Shown here piece by piece: positions 1 to 12,399 of a stretch of DNA of 64,000 bases. The position numbers and the translations under genes are program-made. The stretch's first letter is position 1, and each line of letters starts with the position of its first letter. Source of the stretch: Octopus sinensis. Its lineage: Eukaryota. Below the pieces are notes generated by a model. The model was given only the letters and a program-made list of their open reading frames with translations. It was not told the DNA's origin and searched no databases. The DNA lies in assembly GCF_006345805.1 (NCBI RefSeq), contig NC_042997.1, positions 85,312,001 through 85,376,000 of the forward strand, read 5' to 3'.

Positions 1-41
1 GTGTGTGTATGTGTGTGTATGTGTGTGTGTGTGTGTTTATC

Positions 42-240
42 CAACAAGATTAGCGTTTACGGTAAATTCGAAGTTTCGGTCTGCTTAGCTTTATTGGCTG
101 TGAAGAAATCTAATGAAGGCAAAGCAGGCCGAAACTTCGAAATCACAGTCAACACTATTCTTGTTGAAAAATAATAACTATGTAGTTTACAAAAAGTATT
201 GAGTAAATCTAGCAGTTTAACATAAAATTGTTTTTATTAT
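42..240. mobile_element. Degenerate fold-back element with minimal hammerhead-like motif (Penelope-like pLTR remnant)
   Basis: Imperfect inverted repeat 42-166 (ttcgaagtttcggtctgctt / aagcaggccgaaacttcgaa). The + arm reads CTAATGA-A-GGC-aaagcag-GCC-GAAAC-TTC (110-138), the PLE minimal hammerhead layout with a G5>A change. Abuts (GT)n. Confidence 0.55.
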
Positions 241-254
241 AACCAGACATAATG

Positions 255-465
255 GGACCAGCTGGTAGAATCGTCACCGCGCCGGGCAAAATGCTTAACG
301 GCATTTCTTCCAGCTATAAATTCTGAGTTCAAATTCTATCGAAGTCGACATTGCCTGCCATCGTTTTGGGATCGGTAAACTAAGTTTGAATACTGGAATC
401 CATTTAGTCGACTAGATCCCGTCACACCAAATTTCAGTTCTTGTGCCTATAGTAGAAAGGATTAT
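255..465 (+). mobile_element. tRNA-derived SINE, family A
   Basis: A-box-like gctggtagaa, B-box gagttcaaattc, body similar to the 44517 copy, tail ttgtgcctatagtagaaaggatta. Confidence 0.75.
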
Positions 466-639
466 AACTCGACATATGAGTAACAATATATAAACAGCCG
501 AAATTTGCCATGATGAATCGGTTTCTGACTGAAGAATGAAGGCTCTGAATTACTGTCCGTTTTTCCGTGTTTGTCAATTCGTGAATTTCACGTCCTTTAT
601 ATATAAGTTTTATTATATATATATAAACATACATATGTG

Positions 640-840
640 TATTGTATACCACCCACTGCTTGATAACTGGTGTTGATTTATTTACGGACCTGTAACTTGC
701 AGTTTTCCCAAAAAGCACGATAGAATATGAACCAGACTTAAAAAATAAGTACTGGAGTCGTTTTGCTCGAGTAAACCTTTTACGACAGTGCTCCAGCATG
801 ACCTCAGTCCAATGACTGAAACAAGTAAAAGATAAAAGAA
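640..840 (+). mobile_element. SINE family B, 3' half
   Basis: Ends gtgctccagcatg...cagtccaatgactgaaacaagtaaaagataaaaga, a tail repeated many times in the window (e.g. 9600-9670, 17075-17165, 35045-35235, 37320-37540). Confidence 0.7.
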
Positions 841-949
841 GATGTTGTAGGAATAGCTTCCAAACAAAATACTTAAAGGAATGAAGAATTTCTTTAACGG
901 CATATTCATTCCAGGTTTGTTAAAATAACGCTGTTTCATTTAACACCAG

Positions 950-1700
950 ATTAAGACATCTTTAATATCAGGGCAAGATGAATGCTATCTTCAGAGTTCA
1001 ACTGAATCCTGTACTTTATTTATAAAATATCAGCGATTATTAAAGGAGACGTCAAAATGTTGATAAGAATTATAATGGCTCAATTTTCAATTTCACAAGA
1101 ATTAATATGGATCAATTTTCAATTTCACAAGTATTAGAATGGAGAAATATAAACAGCCAACCATGGTAACATAAAATAACATATGAGCTAAATTAATATA
1201 ACAGTTTAATGAAGCTGAGGGAATTTCATTCAAAACAACCCCTCTTTAGGTTTTGGGGAAAGTGATACTGTTTCACTTTTCATATAGGGCTTTTTTCATG
1301 TCAGAGCAACTTGGTTGCTTCCTTCAAGGTCAAAATGATTTCTTTTCTTTGTTTTCAAGTTCTTAAATGTAAAACACCCTTTTCTACAATAGTGGATCGT
1401 CGCAAAAGGCAACAGCATTACTGTTGCTCTCACATGTATAGTTTTAAAGTTTTCACAGCTTCTAACATACAGGAAAGATGATATATTTGCCATCTCCTAA
1501 AATCCCATCAGATTTTTCAGACACATCAGCCATTTGTAAGTTTAATGGATTTTCATCTCTATTAACAATTTTTGAATTAAACCATGGGAATTTATCAAAG
1601 TGCTGCTGTATAAGTTTAATAGGATGCTTCATAACAAATCCCTTGACGTCACCAAGACTAATATCTTGATAGTCTTTTCAAAACTTTGGTTTAATCCAGA
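950..1700 (-). pseudogene. hAT (Buster/Charlie-like) transposase C-terminal remnant
   Basis: Minus translation LLPFATIHYCRKGCFTFKNLKTKKRNHFDLEGSNQVAL resembles the hAT dimerization motif LLPFxTxYxCExGFS...KTKxRNxL. A second KYRIQLNSEDSIHLAL-like piece lies near 970-1020. Confidence 0.55.
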
Positions 1701-2221
1701 AACTTTTGATCTCTTGCTGAAACGATATTAAATTTTTTTTCTTGCAATACTTTTTTCATTGAAATTACAAGATCAACATATTTATTAGCTACTTATGAAA
1801 AATGTATGCGTGCCAGCCAAATGGCCTTACTGAACTCATCTACAGGAGCATTTTTTGAACCACCAGTTGTCAGAATTTGAAAAATTATAAAATATAATGA
1901 TGAGAACATGTTATTTGTCTCTAAATTATATGTTAATGTTATGGTGCGGTTACTGATGATAATTTCGCCTACCAAATTATTTTTTTGCAAAATAAAATTT
2001 GAAACCTAGGTATAACCGTAAAAAAATAACAAGGTAAAAGTTTTTATTTTTCATTCACTTCGAAATTGCTCTTAAATGTGGTTTTGGTCGTTTTGACTGC
2101 TTCTTCGAGCGTGTAAAACTACCTGTTTAAGGTAGTCTCTCTTGTGTTTAAATGTACACTATTTTATATATATATATACATGTATGTATATATATATATA
2201 TACATGTATGTATATATATAT

Positions 2222-2294
<73 letters not shown>

Positions 2295-2344
2295 TATACA
2301 TGTTTATATATATCTATATGTACATATATATATATACATGTATG

Positions 2345-2684
2345 TGAATGAATTATCTTAGTATTGATAATTCGGTTAATCGATACCTGGGTAGCAAATT
2401 CACGTCAGAAGACACGGTTGAAGCTGCATGCCAAGGGCAGAAACCCCGTGTTCTTGTGTGGTAATTTGTGTGTTTTTTTTATATGAATAAATGAAAGAAT
2501 GGAGTCGAACGAAGATTTTATCAAAATTCCTTTACTCTCGACATATGTTTCGAAGACTGCATACTCTTAATTCCGAAGGAATAAAGGGTGCATTAACTCT
2601 TCGGAATTAAGTGTATGCAGTCTTCGAAACATATGTTGAGAGTAAAGGAATTTTGATAAAATCTTCGTTCGACTCCATTCTTTC
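2345..2684. mobile_element. Fold-back PLE-like element (86-bp arms) with left-only extension
   Basis: Arms 2493-2578 and 2599-2684 (2 mismatches, 20-nt spacer) carry the hammerhead 3' half GAAAC-ATAT-GT(C/T). The left extension 2345-2492 is homologous to 48680-48830. Flanked by (TA)n. Confidence 0.75.
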
Positions 2685-2708
2685 CTATATATACATGTAT
2701 GTATATAT

Positions 2709-2814
<106 letters not shown>

Positions 2815-3789
2815 CTTAAGTTGTCGATTACTGTAATGCGCATATATCTTCAGTTGTAAATTGCTACTAAGATATGGAGTTTTATTAAATTGCCCGGCAA
2901 AATCATTGTTTTCTTTGATTGAAAAATTCACTTGTCCAGTTGTATTTTCTGCTGAGGATAGAAATTCTTATTTTAATTCATATTAGCATCGTTGTTGTTG
3001 TCTAACCTCTGATCAACCCTGGTCAAGAAGAGATCTACCAGGAAAAGCATTCCGACCATGCCGGTCCCACGTTTCTCTATGTGTTGGGAACACGAGATCA
3101 CATTATCCAGAATTGTACGGTCCTTTTTTCTTTAAATTTGGGGTACATTTAGCTTTGATTTCAAGCACGTCAAGTGTCCACATAGAGCCAATCTCTGCGA
3201 GGTTGTTTTTTTTTTCCTTTTCTGAGATTGATTTTGTTGTCATTGTTTAGCGCAGATTAGTTCTTGCTCAATGTTCCTGTTGCAATCATCACGCCTTTTG
3301 TTCAGTCACAATGTAACTGGGAATACATGATCCAGTGTGTCCTTTTCCTCGACGATGGAGCGTATGTTTGTATATGTGTATATGTGTGGATGTGCATGTG
3401 TGTATTTGTATGCGCTTGTGTGCATGTGAGTGATTTGAGGGAAACTTAGCTGTTGTTTTTAAAGACTCTTGTTGACTCTCCCCCTCTCTCTCTCTCTCTC
3501 TCTCTTTTTTTCTCTCTTTCTCTCTCCCTTGCTGTCATTCCTTGCGCTACTGTTTTTCATTCACCTCATTCATCGTTATCTTTTCCCTCCCGCTCTCATT
3601 TCCCCTTTCACTCTCCCATCTTTCTCCCTCTTTCTCCCTCATTCCCACCCTTATCCTCTTCCTCCCCCTCCTCCTCCTTTCCTTGCTACTACTTCTTACA
3701 CCCTTACTGTCTATTACAAGCCCACTTGAAGTTTGCTCGGCCATCAAGCTGTGTTTTGGTTTTCGCTTATTTGGTTTTGTAGTATTAGT

Positions 3790-3858
<69 letters not shown>

Positions 3859-3906
3859 TATTGTTATTGTTGTTTTTGTTGCCTTATCTATCAACAACAC
3901 ACTTAC

Positions 3907-4180
3907 ATAGCTGGGATTCCTCCACTGTAACTCGATCGTTCATCCAGTTGAACTGACACATAACCGCGCTGACAGAACACTGAATAGATTTAGCTAGGGA
4001 GGGGACGGGAGGGGCAATGGTAGAGGTGGTGCTGCTATTGCTGTTGTTGTTGTTGCTGCTGCTGCAGTTGCTGCTGCTGTTTGCTGGCAGGGTGGATGGA
4101 GGAGACAGGTGGCGGCGGCAAAAGGGAGAGGAAGGGAAGTGGAGGAATTTTACAGAGTACTGACAAGAGACTGGGTGGGG
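3907..4180 (-). other. Candidate exon of a minus-strand host gene
   Basis: Minus strand ATGTGTCAGTTCAACTGG...CAGCTAT|GTAAGT (donor at 3901-3906; MCQFNWMNDRVTVEESQL from the ATG at 3961). Lies in a GC-rich island with no recognisable TE and has TCAGT initiator-like motifs upstream. The 5' boundary is uncertain. Confidence 0.35.
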
Positions 4181-5275
4181 TCGGGTCGGGTAGGGGAGAG
4201 TAGGGGGCAGCGAGCGTGTAAAAAGAAAAAAATATTTAAAAAAAAAGAGGACCGAGGGAGTAATAAAATAAATTTGGCGGTGAAAAATAACGAGAACGCG
4301 AACGTCGTGGTTATGGCGGTGCTGGTGCTGGGGGTACTGGGAGTGCTGGAGATGAGGCTGGAGGTGGTGCTGGAGGTGGTAATGGTAGTGGTGGTGATGG
4401 TGCTGGTGCTGGTGGGGGTGGTCGGGTGGTGGTGGTCGGGTGGAGCTGGTGGTGATCGGATGGCATTGCTCGTGCTGGTGTGATGGTGCTTGTATTGGTG
4501 ATGTAGGGGGTTCGAATCTTGGTGGTGGTGGTGGTGGTGGTGGTCTCGCTAGTAGTTGTTTCACCTACCCGTTTTCCCATTCCACTTTCACCCACCCCCC
4601 TAACGCCACTGATTCCGAGATGAGAACTAACACGTGGATAAAGAGGGGAGGGGTAAGAATTAAAGTAAACCCCCACCACTAATACTACTACTACTGCTGC
4701 TGCTACTACTACTACTACTACTACTACAAATGTACTACTACTGCTGTTGGCGTTATTGATGCTTCTACTACTACTACTACTACTACTACAAATGTACTAA
4801 TCACTACGCAGGCACAAGATCAGAGGCTTGATGGGGCCCGACAGTCGATTAAACAGACTTTATTAAAACAAACTGTTACAATATTATATTGATCTTAGAG
4901 TGATAATAGTCACCTTTTATTTACCATAAGAGCGTCACAACATCAGTGGTAAGAAACTCTCAAGAGAGCTGAAGAGCAGACGATTTCAAGAGACGAACCC
5001 TTCATCCCCATTCCCCACCCTCCAGCCGCCATGCAAGTGTTTCGGCCCTTAACTTCTTACACGCTAACGGGGCCGAGCTGCATCCACATCACGATTCTTG
5101 ATTAAAATCAAGATACTCTTGGCCTGAAGAGTAGCTTGCGGTATACACCGCGCTTGGATATTTATCACTTCCAAGGTTCCACTCGCTATGAAACATATGT
5201 AGCCCGTATTTTATCTACTCCATTCCTTAACTCTTGTGTGTGTGTGTGTGTGGTGTGTGTGGTGTGTGTGTGTGT

Positions 5276-5334
<59 letters not shown>

Positions 5335-5835
5335 CGTTTCTAACATTGATCATCCAAGGCTACAAATCATTCGGAAAGGTGTTACGTGCTTTTAACCGAA
5401 TCAAGTCCATTTCAAAATCTGTATTGAATCTATATTTATGCAAAAGAGAAAGCGAACATAGTAAGGTTTGAACATCAGAAATTTGCAGCCATTGGCAGAA
5501 CGGTGGACTAGATACTTTCATTTTTTAGTTCCGACTATTTACATTCCTTTAGTTTGTTGTTATTGATGTTATTGTTTATTTAACCCAAGGTCAACTACAA
5601 ATGTGCAGTTGTCCTATGATCAAAAACATTCTCAGAGTGGCCGTCCATCCCACTTTTTCCTGTATGGAGGAAACCCAGGAGCAGATGATGTAGTGAGTCA
5701 TTTCCTAAAGTATAGGTGTTGCTTACGTCATAAGAATTTAGAAAATTCGAAGAACTACATTCTTATGAGGTAAACAATACACGCGAGCACATGAGAGACG
5801 CACACATTTATCTATCTATCTATCTATCTATCTAT

Positions 5836-7418
5836 CTGGGGTCTGGTTTGGTCCGGACCTCCAAGTGGAGAAGAACTGGAACGAGATAACGAGTAGGGTG
5901 GTCACTCTCGCTCGGCAATGGGCCGAGAGGAAACTGTCCCTAAAAGGTCGAGCGGAGGTGGCGAACACGTACATCGCGTCCGTCATCTACTACCGCCTGA
6001 CCGTCGTACCTTGTCCCGACCCTACCATCACCAAACTACAACGCATCCTCTTTCGCTTCTTGTGGAAAGGATGCGTCCCGATGGTCAGGCGATCCATTTG
6101 CTGTCAACACCCGTTAAAAGGAGGGCTGGGCATGCCGTGGTTGATGATGCGCAGACACGCGCTGAGACTGCGACATCTCTGGCTCTATGTAGACGACGGT
6201 GAACAGGTGTGGTCGCCGTTGTGAGGCACGCTTTCCCGCAGCTCGTCTCCATGACCGAACTGCAGTCGTGGATCAAAAAGAGGCCGAGGAAGGGCGAATG
6301 GCACCGCGAGTGTCGCGTTGCTCTCAAGCAACTCTGCCGTCCTGGGTCGACCTTAAGTGACTTCAACACAACCAAAGCATTCTATAGGGGTTTAGTGGAG
6401 GGGAGGTACGACGACGAGCTCGGAGCGAACCTGGACGTCGACGAGGAGTACCTGACCCGCCTGTTCGGGACGACTTCGGGCCAGGGCCCATGGACAACTT
6501 CCAGAGATCCCTGGCCTGGCAGTGCTACCGAGAAGCGCTACCCGTTCGGGATAAGCTCTATAGACACGGCTCGAGAAACACGGGGCCGACCTGCCCGAGA
6601 TGCGGTCAGAGCGACGAAACCGTTCTGCACGCACTCGTTCAGTGTCCAACAATTTCCGACCTGTGGGCTTATGTCGAACAACTGCTGTCACGTGTGGGAC
6701 GAGTCGGTTTATCAGCTGAGTCTATCGTCAATATTGTCACGCCTCCTTCCTTCAAACGGGAAGGAAGAGCTATTTTCATCATCCTTGTGGCTATGGCGAA
6801 AGAATGTATCTGGTGGACGCGTCTGAAAGGATTGGAGACAAACACTTTCTCTCTGGTCAATCTCTCATCAACTTCTTCAAGTACCACTTGAAAAGGAAAG
6901 TGAGAGTAGAGAGGCAAGTTTTGTCTAGCGAATGTTTTAAAAAAGATGGGTGAATGTAGCAAGAATGGCACGTATGAATGACGAAGCCACCTTGAGCATA
7001 GTCCTATGAACCCAGAAATCGAAAACAGAGAGTTGCTTATTTGCAAAAAAAAAAAAAAAAAAAAAAAAAGAAATATAAAATGTGACTTCATTGACCGAGG
7101 TTACCGTGGTCTTTTCCGCAGGCTTTTCTTTCCACGGGTAAACCTCACCTGTCCTCCCCTTTACACTTCATATTGACATTTCTGTGATAACGATCCCTAT
7201 TGATCATTTTTTTTTCCTCTCCCCCCCCTTTTTTTAATTTTTTTTTTTATTTAACCCCCCTTATTTTTGTCCTCTTTCTCTCCTTTTACGATCCCTTTTG
7301 ATCGAACCTCCCCCTTCCTTTTTTTTTTTTTTTTTTTTTTTTAATACCTTCAAAAAAAAAGCTCTACCTTGTAATTTGTTCTATCTGTGTGCAGCCCTGT
7401 GTGGCTAATAAAGAAACA
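5836..7418 (+). mobile_element. 5'-truncated Tx1/L1-clade non-LTR retrotransposon (post-RT region, zf-RVT, 3' UTR)
   Basis: GVWFG...WAERKLSLKGRAEVAN...FLWKG...GGLGMP and the CCHC motif TCPRCGQSDETVLHALVQCP across frameshifted ORFs 5865-6224, 6209-, 6490-. 3' UTR with AATAAA at 7407. (TCTA)n on both sides. Confidence 0.9.
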
Positions 7419-7488
<70 letters not shown>

Positions 7489-7497
7489 CCTACCTAC

Positions 7498-7552
<55 letters not shown>

Positions 7553-7561
7553 CCTACCTAC

Positions 7562-7608
<47 letters not shown>

Positions 7609-7617
7609 CCTACCTAC

Positions 7618-7656
<39 letters not shown>

Positions 7657-7657
7657 C

Positions 7658-7716
<59 letters not shown>

Positions 7717-7725
7717 CCTACCTAC

Positions 7726-7807
<82 letters not shown>
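7419..7807. repeat. (TCTA)n / (CCTA)n tetranucleotide array
   Basis: Directly visible; about 390 bp following the LINE 3' end. Confidence 0.95.
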
Positions 7808-7808
<1 letters not shown>

Positions 7809-8394
7809 AACCCTCTGACCGATAACTGATGAGGAGTTGAGAACCTTTTGTGCTTGTTTTCCGTTCGTCTGCGCATTTACTGTTTTTAACTTGCCATTTT
7901 GTGTTTGCTTTCTGTTCGTTTGTGCATTTACTATACGATTTTTAACTTACACACACACACACACATATATATAGAGAGAGCGTAACTGCTTTTTCCATTC
8001 CATAAGTAACTTTTGAATCTGATGTTGTATAACATTCGTCATCTTAGAATTACAGAATTACTTCTAACTTTGATATAGAACGAAGTGTATCTGATATATT
8101 CTATTATTTGTTTCCATCTTTGAACCATGGCCATGCTAGAGCACCTCCATGAAAGTACTCCATCGTAGTACTTATTTTGTTTGTTTTTTTTGTAAGTTTG
8201 ATATTTATGCTATCGGACTCTTTTGTTGAACTGCTAAGTTACGAGAACGTAAACAAACCAACAAGCAGAGTTGGAGAAACAAACACAAGAACACACACAC
8301 ATATCTATCTATATAACTATCTATGTGTACGTGTGTGTGTGTGTATGAAACCGCTAATCCTCACACATTTTCTCTCTCTCCGTTTCTCTCCATT

Positions 8395-8540
8395 TTTTCC
8401 TTTTCAATCTTTTCTGTCGAAGAGCGTAGGCTCGAAAAGTCAATCCATTCTTCCTGAGCGTTAAATTAATACATCTACTTGTTGTACTCTTACTTGTGTT
8501 TGTCTTTTTATTTTCTGTATATTTGAACTACACATCCATA
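8395..8540 (+). mobile_element. PLE-like tail fragment with minimal hammerhead variant
   Basis: CTGTCGA-A-GAGC-GTAG-GCTC-GAAA-A-GTC at 8414-8441; related in inverted orientation to 8597-8787. Confidence 0.6.
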
Positions 8541-8555
8541 TATATGTGTGTGTGT

Positions 8556-8596
<41 letters not shown>

Positions 8597-8598
<2 letters not shown>

Positions 8599-8787
8599 GG
8601 GAGAATTCACGAAAAAAACAAAAGACGAAGACAGGTGGTGTAGAAAACAAACAGATGTATTAGTATAACGCTCGGGAATTGAAAAGATCTTTAACGTTTC
8701 GAGCCTACGCTCTTCCACAGAAAGGAACACAGAAAGAAACAAGGAGAGAAAAAAGTGTGTGTAGTGGCTACCGATCTATCATGGCGA
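8597..8787 (-). mobile_element. PLE-like tail fragment with minimal hammerhead variant
   Basis: Minus strand ctttCTGTGGA-A-GAGC-GTAG-GCTC-GAAAC-GTT-AAAG (about 8689-8724). Closely similar copy at 28560-28740, partial copy at 35881-35985. Confidence 0.7.
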
Positions 8788-8808
8788 ATGAATATATATA
8801 TATATAAT

Positions 8809-8874
<66 letters not shown>

Positions 8875-9282
8875 GTACTTTCAGTTTCCACTTACCAAAT
8901 CTTCTCACAAAGCCTTGCTCGGGCCAGGGTTATAGTAGAAGACGCTTAGTCAAAATTCCACGTAATGAGACTAAACCTGGAACTATGTATGGTTATATAT
9001 AAATGCAGTGAACCATTAAATTGAAGGATCACTCAATGCTTTTCAGTAGAGTAAAACCCTTTCTTCATTTTTGCAACGGAAATTATGCAGATGTCAGAAA
9101 GAAAGATTTCACTTGCGACTTGACATTGTATACTTCCAAAATTACTCATGAAATTAAAGAGCTCATCTCTCTCTTACAAGCGACAAGGCATTTTGGTGCT
9201 AGAAATTCAAATCTGTTGCAACCTTCTGTTTTGGGTGTGTTTGTTTTTGCTTTTTTTATTTATACTGTTTCTTTTTATCGGC

Positions 9283-9670
9283 GCTGGGGCGTGACTGTGT
9301 GGCAAGATGTTTGCTTTCCAAACACATGGTTCTGGGTTCATTCCCACTGCGACAATTTTTTTCTACCATAGCCTCGGTCTGGCCAAAGCCTAGTGTTTGG
9401 ATCTGGTAGACAGAAACTGAATGAAGCCCATCGTGTGTGTGTGTATGCGCGTGTGTGTGTGTTTGTGCGTGCGTTCCCAACACTGCCTGACAACCGGTAT
9501 TGGTATGTTTACGTCCTCGTGACTTAGCGGTTCGGCAAAAAGGGCCGATAGAGTAAGTACCTGGCTTAAAAGTAAAAGTAAGCAGTTGGGGTCGATTCGT
9601 TCGACTAAAAATTCTTCAAGTCGGTACCCCAGCATGACCGCAGTCCAATGACTGAAACAAGTAAACGTTA
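9283..9670 (+). mobile_element. tRNA-derived SINE family B (internal (GT)n)
   Basis: ggcgtgactgtgtggcaag head, gggttcattcc B-box, internal microsatellite, conserved 3' half ending atgactgaaacaagtaa. Confidence 0.8.
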
Positions 9671-10556
9671 CTGGAGATACAATCTTAGACTACGTTAGCC
9701 CCCCCCCCCCCCGTTGAAAATAACTAGCAGAACCTTCTGGATCAGGAAGTGCTTCGAATATCTCGATATGTCTTGGCATTAGATCTGGATTCCAGTTCCG
9801 ATTACAGATTATATTTGATTACTGGTGAATACAACAGTCCATTTCATGTTAAAATTCATTACACATAGGCGTTTACCACCAGGTGTAATACTTCGGCAGT
9901 TAGGAAGAAACTCTACACGGTTCCAGTTTTGTTTGTTTTTGTTTTGCTTTTCTGTGGTGGAGTGGGGTGGGGAGTTTTTTTTTTTTTTCTTTTAACTGTT
10001 CGGTTGGCAGGTTTGTGTGTTGGAAGGGTAAAGACGAAGTATTTACTACAAACAAAAGTCAACGAAAATGACACGTTCACATCACTTCCGGAGCAATATA
10101 TTTTGTTTCTTTTCTTTCCATCTTTCTCCTTACTTTTTCCTTCTTTCCCTCCTTGTCTTCTTATTTTCTTCATTTCTTTATTTCTATTTTCTGTCCCTTT
10201 TTTTTACTTCTCATTTTTCAATATTTTTCCCACTCTCTTTGTAACATATATACCTCACAACTCTCTCTCTCCATCCCTTCTCTCTTCTCTCTGTTTCTCT
10301 CTCTCTTTCCCTCTCTCCCTCTGTCTCTCTCTCTCGCTATTTTCTGTATCTCTCGTTATCGAGTATTATTTTACTTTTTTAATGATTTCTTTCTTTTCTC
10401 TCTAAGCCCAGTGTTTCACAGCACTTCTGATTAGAGTGATGAAATGCAGAGGGCAGCACACAACTGAATGTTATTTAAGATTGGGACTACATAAACATTT
10501 TGGCCTGTAGAAATATCTTCAGAGGTGATGGCCAACCAGCAGTTAGTGTGGGGGGG

Positions 10557-10611
<55 letters not shown>

Positions 10612-10869
10612 AAGAGAGAAGTAAAGAGAACAAAAAGTAAAAAGGCTATGATGGAATACTTAATAGCACTGACATTTCTATAAAATATCGATCTTGATGC
10701 CAGAATTGCTGATACTCACGCCTTTGAAAAAAAAAAAAAATCAGTATCTAGTTCACACAGTTTTACATTCTGCGTTCGAAACACACCAAAGCTAACTTCA
10801 ATTTTAAACTTCCGGTTTCGATGAAACATGAAATAAATATAAAAGACGCTTACTCGCCCTTTTCCGAAT

Positions 10870-11250
10870 CAAATTTGGGATCTTCTCAGTCTCATTCGCA
10901 AAAATGAGCCCCCTCATTTATGGTGTATCGATACAACTCTCAATTTTGATTACGATCAACCAATTACTTTGTTTCTTTTCTTTCCATCTTACGTATCGTA
11001 AATTAAAGAATCTGATGTTATTTGGAATTAAAGTTGGGAAATTTGGGTAATTTTAGCCAATCAACAGACTGTGTGGCATTAGCATCCTGTTACCATGACA
11101 ACCGCACGCTGTGTTGTGTTTCACTTCACCCGTGTCTTTGCCGCACGTAAACAATAGCGTGAAATGCCGTCTTTGTGACTTGTAGGTTAAGTCGTTGCAA
11201 ATATAGCAAAAGTTGTTTACGATGTTTATACAGTTTCTTGGCATTATGAA
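10870..11250 (-). pseudogene. Chapaev3-like transposase N-terminal remnant
   Basis: ORF 11053-11244 MPRNCINIVNNFCYICNDLTYKSQRR...GNRMLMP matches the CxNxxDxFCYICG N-terminal motif I associate with Chapaev3 transposases; heavily deleted. Confidence 0.5.
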
Positions 11251-11793
11251 GGAGAATGGACAGTATTGCCAACATTCAGTGACTCATTGATTCAGATAGC
11301 TGGATTTATGATTTCACAAGGTTAATTCCATTCATAAACATTTAAATTAGGAGTATTTCGTAAACTGTTAGCTTCACATTTCTTTTTCTTGAGACAAATT
11401 CTTTGTTGACCGTTGTTATTCTTGTCGTAGTTTACAAATCCAAGCACCGAATGCCAGAACGAAAATCAATCGAACAGTAACGTTAACATCAGGGTAAGGT
11501 GATCTAAACAATACAGCCATTTAAAATTGAATATACTAATTATTATCGTGACGAACACAGCTACTGTCGCTAATAGCTAATTATTCATATCTCCGCCGGA
11601 TTTTAGCGAGCGCCACTGAGTGTTTGGCCATTGTTATAGTGTATTGATAAATATATTAGTCAATGAAATTCCAACATAATCAGATTTTTACATTTTATTT
11701 TTGTGTTTTTAAAATTTTACAATATTGCAATATTACATAGTATTACATATTACAATATGTAATATTACAATATTACATAATATTTTACATGTA

Positions 11794-12303
11794 CCATATT
11801 TTCCGGTGTATAAGCCGCTATTTTTTTACCTGGGAAATTTAGTGTGCAGCTTATAGAAAGGTGCGCCTAACGTGTGTATCTTTTTGTAAGTTTCCGGAGG
11901 AAAATAATTTGTGTATGGAGATCGGATGATTCCACTGAATTTTTCAGAGGAAAGGTCAGTCGGTGAAAGACTACAGTACATTGGTGCCCAGAAGAAAATA
12001 AAGCATATCTGTTTTGTTTTACCTTCATGTTTTGATAATGTTATTTTTAATCTAATAAAGACTTTTTTGTATTGACGAAATGTGTTTGTTGTTGATTATA
12101 GTAAGATAAAATCATAATAATAACGATACATCTCATAGTTATAAAATAAGGCATTTTGAAACTACATACACGTCAACAACAAAAAAGTTTGCTGCGGAAC
12201 CGTAGCTCTATAGGTCTTTTATGTGTGAATAAAACCAAAACTTTCCCAAAAATTTGCCCCCGCAGCTTAAATACCGATGAGCTTTATAGACCGGAAAATA
12301 CGG
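11794..12303. mobile_element. pogo/Tc2-type MITE
   Basis: TA|CCATATTTTCCGGTGTATAA ... TTATAGACCGGAAAATACGG|TA terminal inverted repeats with TA TSD. Confidence 0.85.
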
Positions 12304-12399
12304 TAATTTGTAATGAATTATGTGTATTATTATAAAACTGTATAGATGTAAAAATAAAATGTGAAAATAAGAGATGTAATTTAATGCCATCTGCCGTGC

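Larger units (their letters stand above)
8110..8990 (-). mobile_element. SINE family B split by insertions in its internal microsatellite
   Basis: 3' half at 8110-8290 and 5' half at 8877-8990 (ctttcagtttcc...tagtagaagac...cctggaactatgt) are collinear with intact copies at 56985-57455 and 47390-47720. Confidence 0.6.

Noticed and set aside
3884-4679. Long His/Pro-rich minus-strand ORFs resembling transcription-factor tails
   Set aside because: Low-complexity trinucleotide tracts with no domain; only the splice-donor-ended segment was kept as a candidate.
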